Assembly (NCBI GenBank): GCA_002269645.1
Contig: NIVC01003390.1
Coordinates: 4,228-68,227, forward strand
Source of the DNA: Macrostomum lignano
Taxonomy: Eukaryota
Direction of reading: 5' to 3'
DNA: 64,000 nt
Under the pieces are notes generated by a model. It saw nothing but the letters and a program-made list of their open reading frames with translations, was not told where the DNA came from and searched no databases. Made by a program: the position numbers and the translations under genes. Positions within the stretch are counted from its first letter, which is position 1, and every line of letters starts with the position of its first letter. Of the stretch, positions 61,601-64,000 are shown piece by piece.

Positions 61601-63709
61601 GCTCGGTGGTCCTGCGACGTCTGTGGCTAGGGGACCTGACCTGTGCAGGCCAGCTGGTCAACCATTAAGGCGTCTTCGCAGTTGGGTCACCCAACCCCAC
61701 AAGGGATGCAATCTTGAGGTGGCTCGAGCACTGACTCCTAGAGGACCCACGCCTATTCCAGCAGTAGAGCGGCACACATGGTGTTTTAATCACGCGACTC
61801 CTGGAACTGTCCAATTTTTTATCCTAAAAGCCCTAAGCAGCTTGTCAACTGGGAGTGGCTTGCTATCCCTCGATTGAATGCTTTCGCAGCAGCTTACAGT
61901 GATCCCGTTGAGGCTGATCTCGTCGTAACCGCTGCCTGCCGTGGTGACTGACTCGGATCCGGTCAGGCCTGGGAAGAGCAGGGCGGAGCGGGAAAACAAA
62001 TCAGGATAAGTGAATCCCAGCAGAATCCCACTGACTTTGCTCAGTCAACCAACGCTTTTCTAAAAAATAGCTTGTCGATTCTCTACTCCCTGCTCTCTGA
62101 TTCAACTGGGACCATCATTTAGTTCCGAGTCGCATGGCTGCTGAGCGGGCTAAAAAGTGACTCCCCACAGTCATTCATTAGTTTCCATAGGCTACGCAGG
62201 CCCGTAGTCGGTAGACTTTGATGAAAATAAATACGTTTGGTAGGCTTTCAGTCGCAGCTTCAATTGTTTTTGCTTCTGCGTCTACTGAGCGCTTTCATCT
62301 CTGCCTCGTACTTTCACCTATACAGATTCGATATATTCAATGCATTCCACTTCAGTATTTTCTGGCCGCAGCGCAAAAACCCCAGGTTATGACCATAGAC
62401 TGTAGCTTCTGCAGCTTTCAAGCGTTAGTAGAAATCTGGCTGGCGCGGCCGCTTTACTGATGCAGCAGCAGCTGGTGTCTGTGGCCCAAACCCCGGGGTT
62501 TTTAGGGCCTCGGAGACGGCTGCTAAATAGGTACATTGGCAAACGATTTCATTGTTTAGCAATTTGACGATCATTCACATTTTTAATGCAGAACAATCCA
62601 TTATAGTATTTGTCATGCTATCTCAGCCTAGAGACATCCAAACTCAGCCAGCCCATCTCGACAGTGCGATTTTTTACGTAAGCCAGTCAAGTTTTACCAT
62701 AGACATGCTTCTTGGGGCCATGCTATCTCAGCCTGGGACATGCAATCTCAGCCACTTTTCAGATGCTATGTCAAGCTGTCCGTGGCTTAGTCTGTGATCG
62801 AAGCAAATGAAACAGAATGAGAGCAACAAGCGACGAAGACGAAGCGAGAAGTGTTTGCAATTGAAATCTATATTGGCTGAGATTGCATGTCCAGGCTGAG
62901 ATAGCATGGCCTTAAGAAGCATGTCTATGGTAAAAGTCGACTAGCTCGAGCCAAAAAACGCATTGCGGAATGGGACTGGCTGAGTTTGGATGTCTCTAGG
63001 CTGAGATAGCATGACAAATACTATACTACAAACAATGCATTGTCTGTAGGATCGTCAAACAGAAAAACAATGCAAAGAATCAGCGGTCGCAGCACGTGAC
63101 AACGATTTGTCTATGGCTCGCGCCTACTGGCGCTCGACAGACAATCGTTGTCACGCACTGGGACCGCTGATTATTTATCCATTGGCTAACGATTTCGTTG
63201 TTTAAATAATGCTTGTTTTTTAGTTGTTGTTCTTTTTGTTTTTGTTGTTGTTGTTGTCGTTTTTGTTTTTCTTGTTGTTCTTTTTGTCAGTTATGTTTTG
63301 TTGTTGTTGCTTTCACCAGATAAACGACCCTAAATTGTTCTTGGTAAAAGAGTGATTTGTCCTACAGCCCAAAAGCTGTTCCTGAAGCTCCGAAGACTCC
63401 GATCAATTAACTACGTTATCCAACTCTATTTTCGCTTTGGGCCACTCTTTCGAATCATTTTTATTAGCTTGCTGCAAACTACAAGGTAATGTTTGGCGGA
63501 GGTGATTTGGGGACCTCGCTGGTGCATCACTGCAGGTACTCACTGCTGATGCTGTTGCGACTCAGCGACACAATCATCGCGGCCAGGCCCTGCACCAACT
63601 GGCTGGTCTCCTTCAGGTTGCCCTTGTGAACTGTCTTCAAAATCGAGGAGCTGCCGCGGATAATTTTTTGCAGCTCGCTCCCGAGTAGCTGCCCAGACGG
63701 CTCTGACAG
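52675..63709 (-). CDS. Polycystin-1 family (PKD1-like) protein, 5'-partial: GAIN/GPS, TM1, PLAT/LH2, polycystin channel domain
   Basis: Phase-consistent minus-strand exons: 63709-63544, 61968-61898, 60118-59927, 59831-59706, 59587-58112, 57984-57767, 57683-55023, 52927-52675. GPS WNTGGCTVGPLTTVRVTHCQCTHLTSFAGGW. PLAT YEIVVSTGMRRGAGTDSKVFFILSG..LWHDNSGEGSAASWYC. GHLWLSV..SRFTRVERVACC; WLDRQTRAVFIDLAFYNPNVNLF; ILLNMFVSILNEAF. Upstream exons run off the window. Confidence 0.92.
53005..54088. repeat. 16-bp minisatellite (CAGGTGAACTACCCCT)
   Basis: About 67 units in the last intron of the PKD1-like gene. Confidence 0.96.
62563..63059. mobile_element. Small foldback/MITE-like inverted repeat (~190-bp imperfect arms, ~120-bp spacer)
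   Basis: 62563-62754 pairs with 62875-63059 (TTTGACGATC...GATCGTCAAA; gtcatgctatctcagcctagagacatccaaactcagcca). In a PKD1-like intron. Confidence 0.7.
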
Positions 63710-64000
63710 CTGAAGTTGAAAAACATTGCGTCACTGCTTTGCTGCACAGATATTTCACAAGGACCACTGTATCTGATAACAGGACGAAAAAAACTCTAAG
63801 ATTGTGTATTTTTGGAGGCCAATTTCCTAGAAAAATACACGGCGCAGATAAAAAAAGTTTTAAATCACATAATCAATGATTTCATTGCATCTGGGGCAGT
63901 GAAGAGCATGTTACTCTGTTGTATCGTATATAGGTGTGTAGTGAAAATTTATTTCATAATATTTTCTTTTAATAATTTTTTTAATACACAGGTATATTAA

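Overview
This is eukaryotic, intron-rich animal DNA. GC-rich exons, poly-CAG coding tracts and a different minisatellite in many introns resemble a flatworm such as Macrostomum; that assignment is an inference and was not checked. I can support six protein-coding genes: an intronless ankyrin-repeat TRPA-like channel (-), a PAS-domain p160/NCOA/Taiman-like coactivator (+, 8 coding exons), SEC16 (-, 6 exons, gliadin-like Q/P tail), an intronless SLC35G/EamA-like transporter (-), a ZU5-ZU5-(UPA)-death-domain protein (-), and a 5'-partial polycystin-1-family gene (-). There are also tRNA-derived SINEs, a truncated RTE-like LINE with an 18-bp TSD, a small foldback element and about 18 tandem arrays. 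The standout feature is an 8,823-bp near-perfect palindrome at 11875-20697. It has ~4.37-kb arms, a 75-bp structured GC-rich spacer, ACTACT...AGTAGT ends and a clean 6-bp target-site duplication (CTCATC). It encodes no recognisable protein and sits in a 53-bp minisatellite inside intron 2 of the NCOA-like gene. It looks like an integrated, non-autonomous snap-back (copy-back) derivative of a Polinton/Maverick-like element, or an undescribed giant foldback transposon. Exon models were built by hand from GT-AG sites and phase consistency; no database searches were run.
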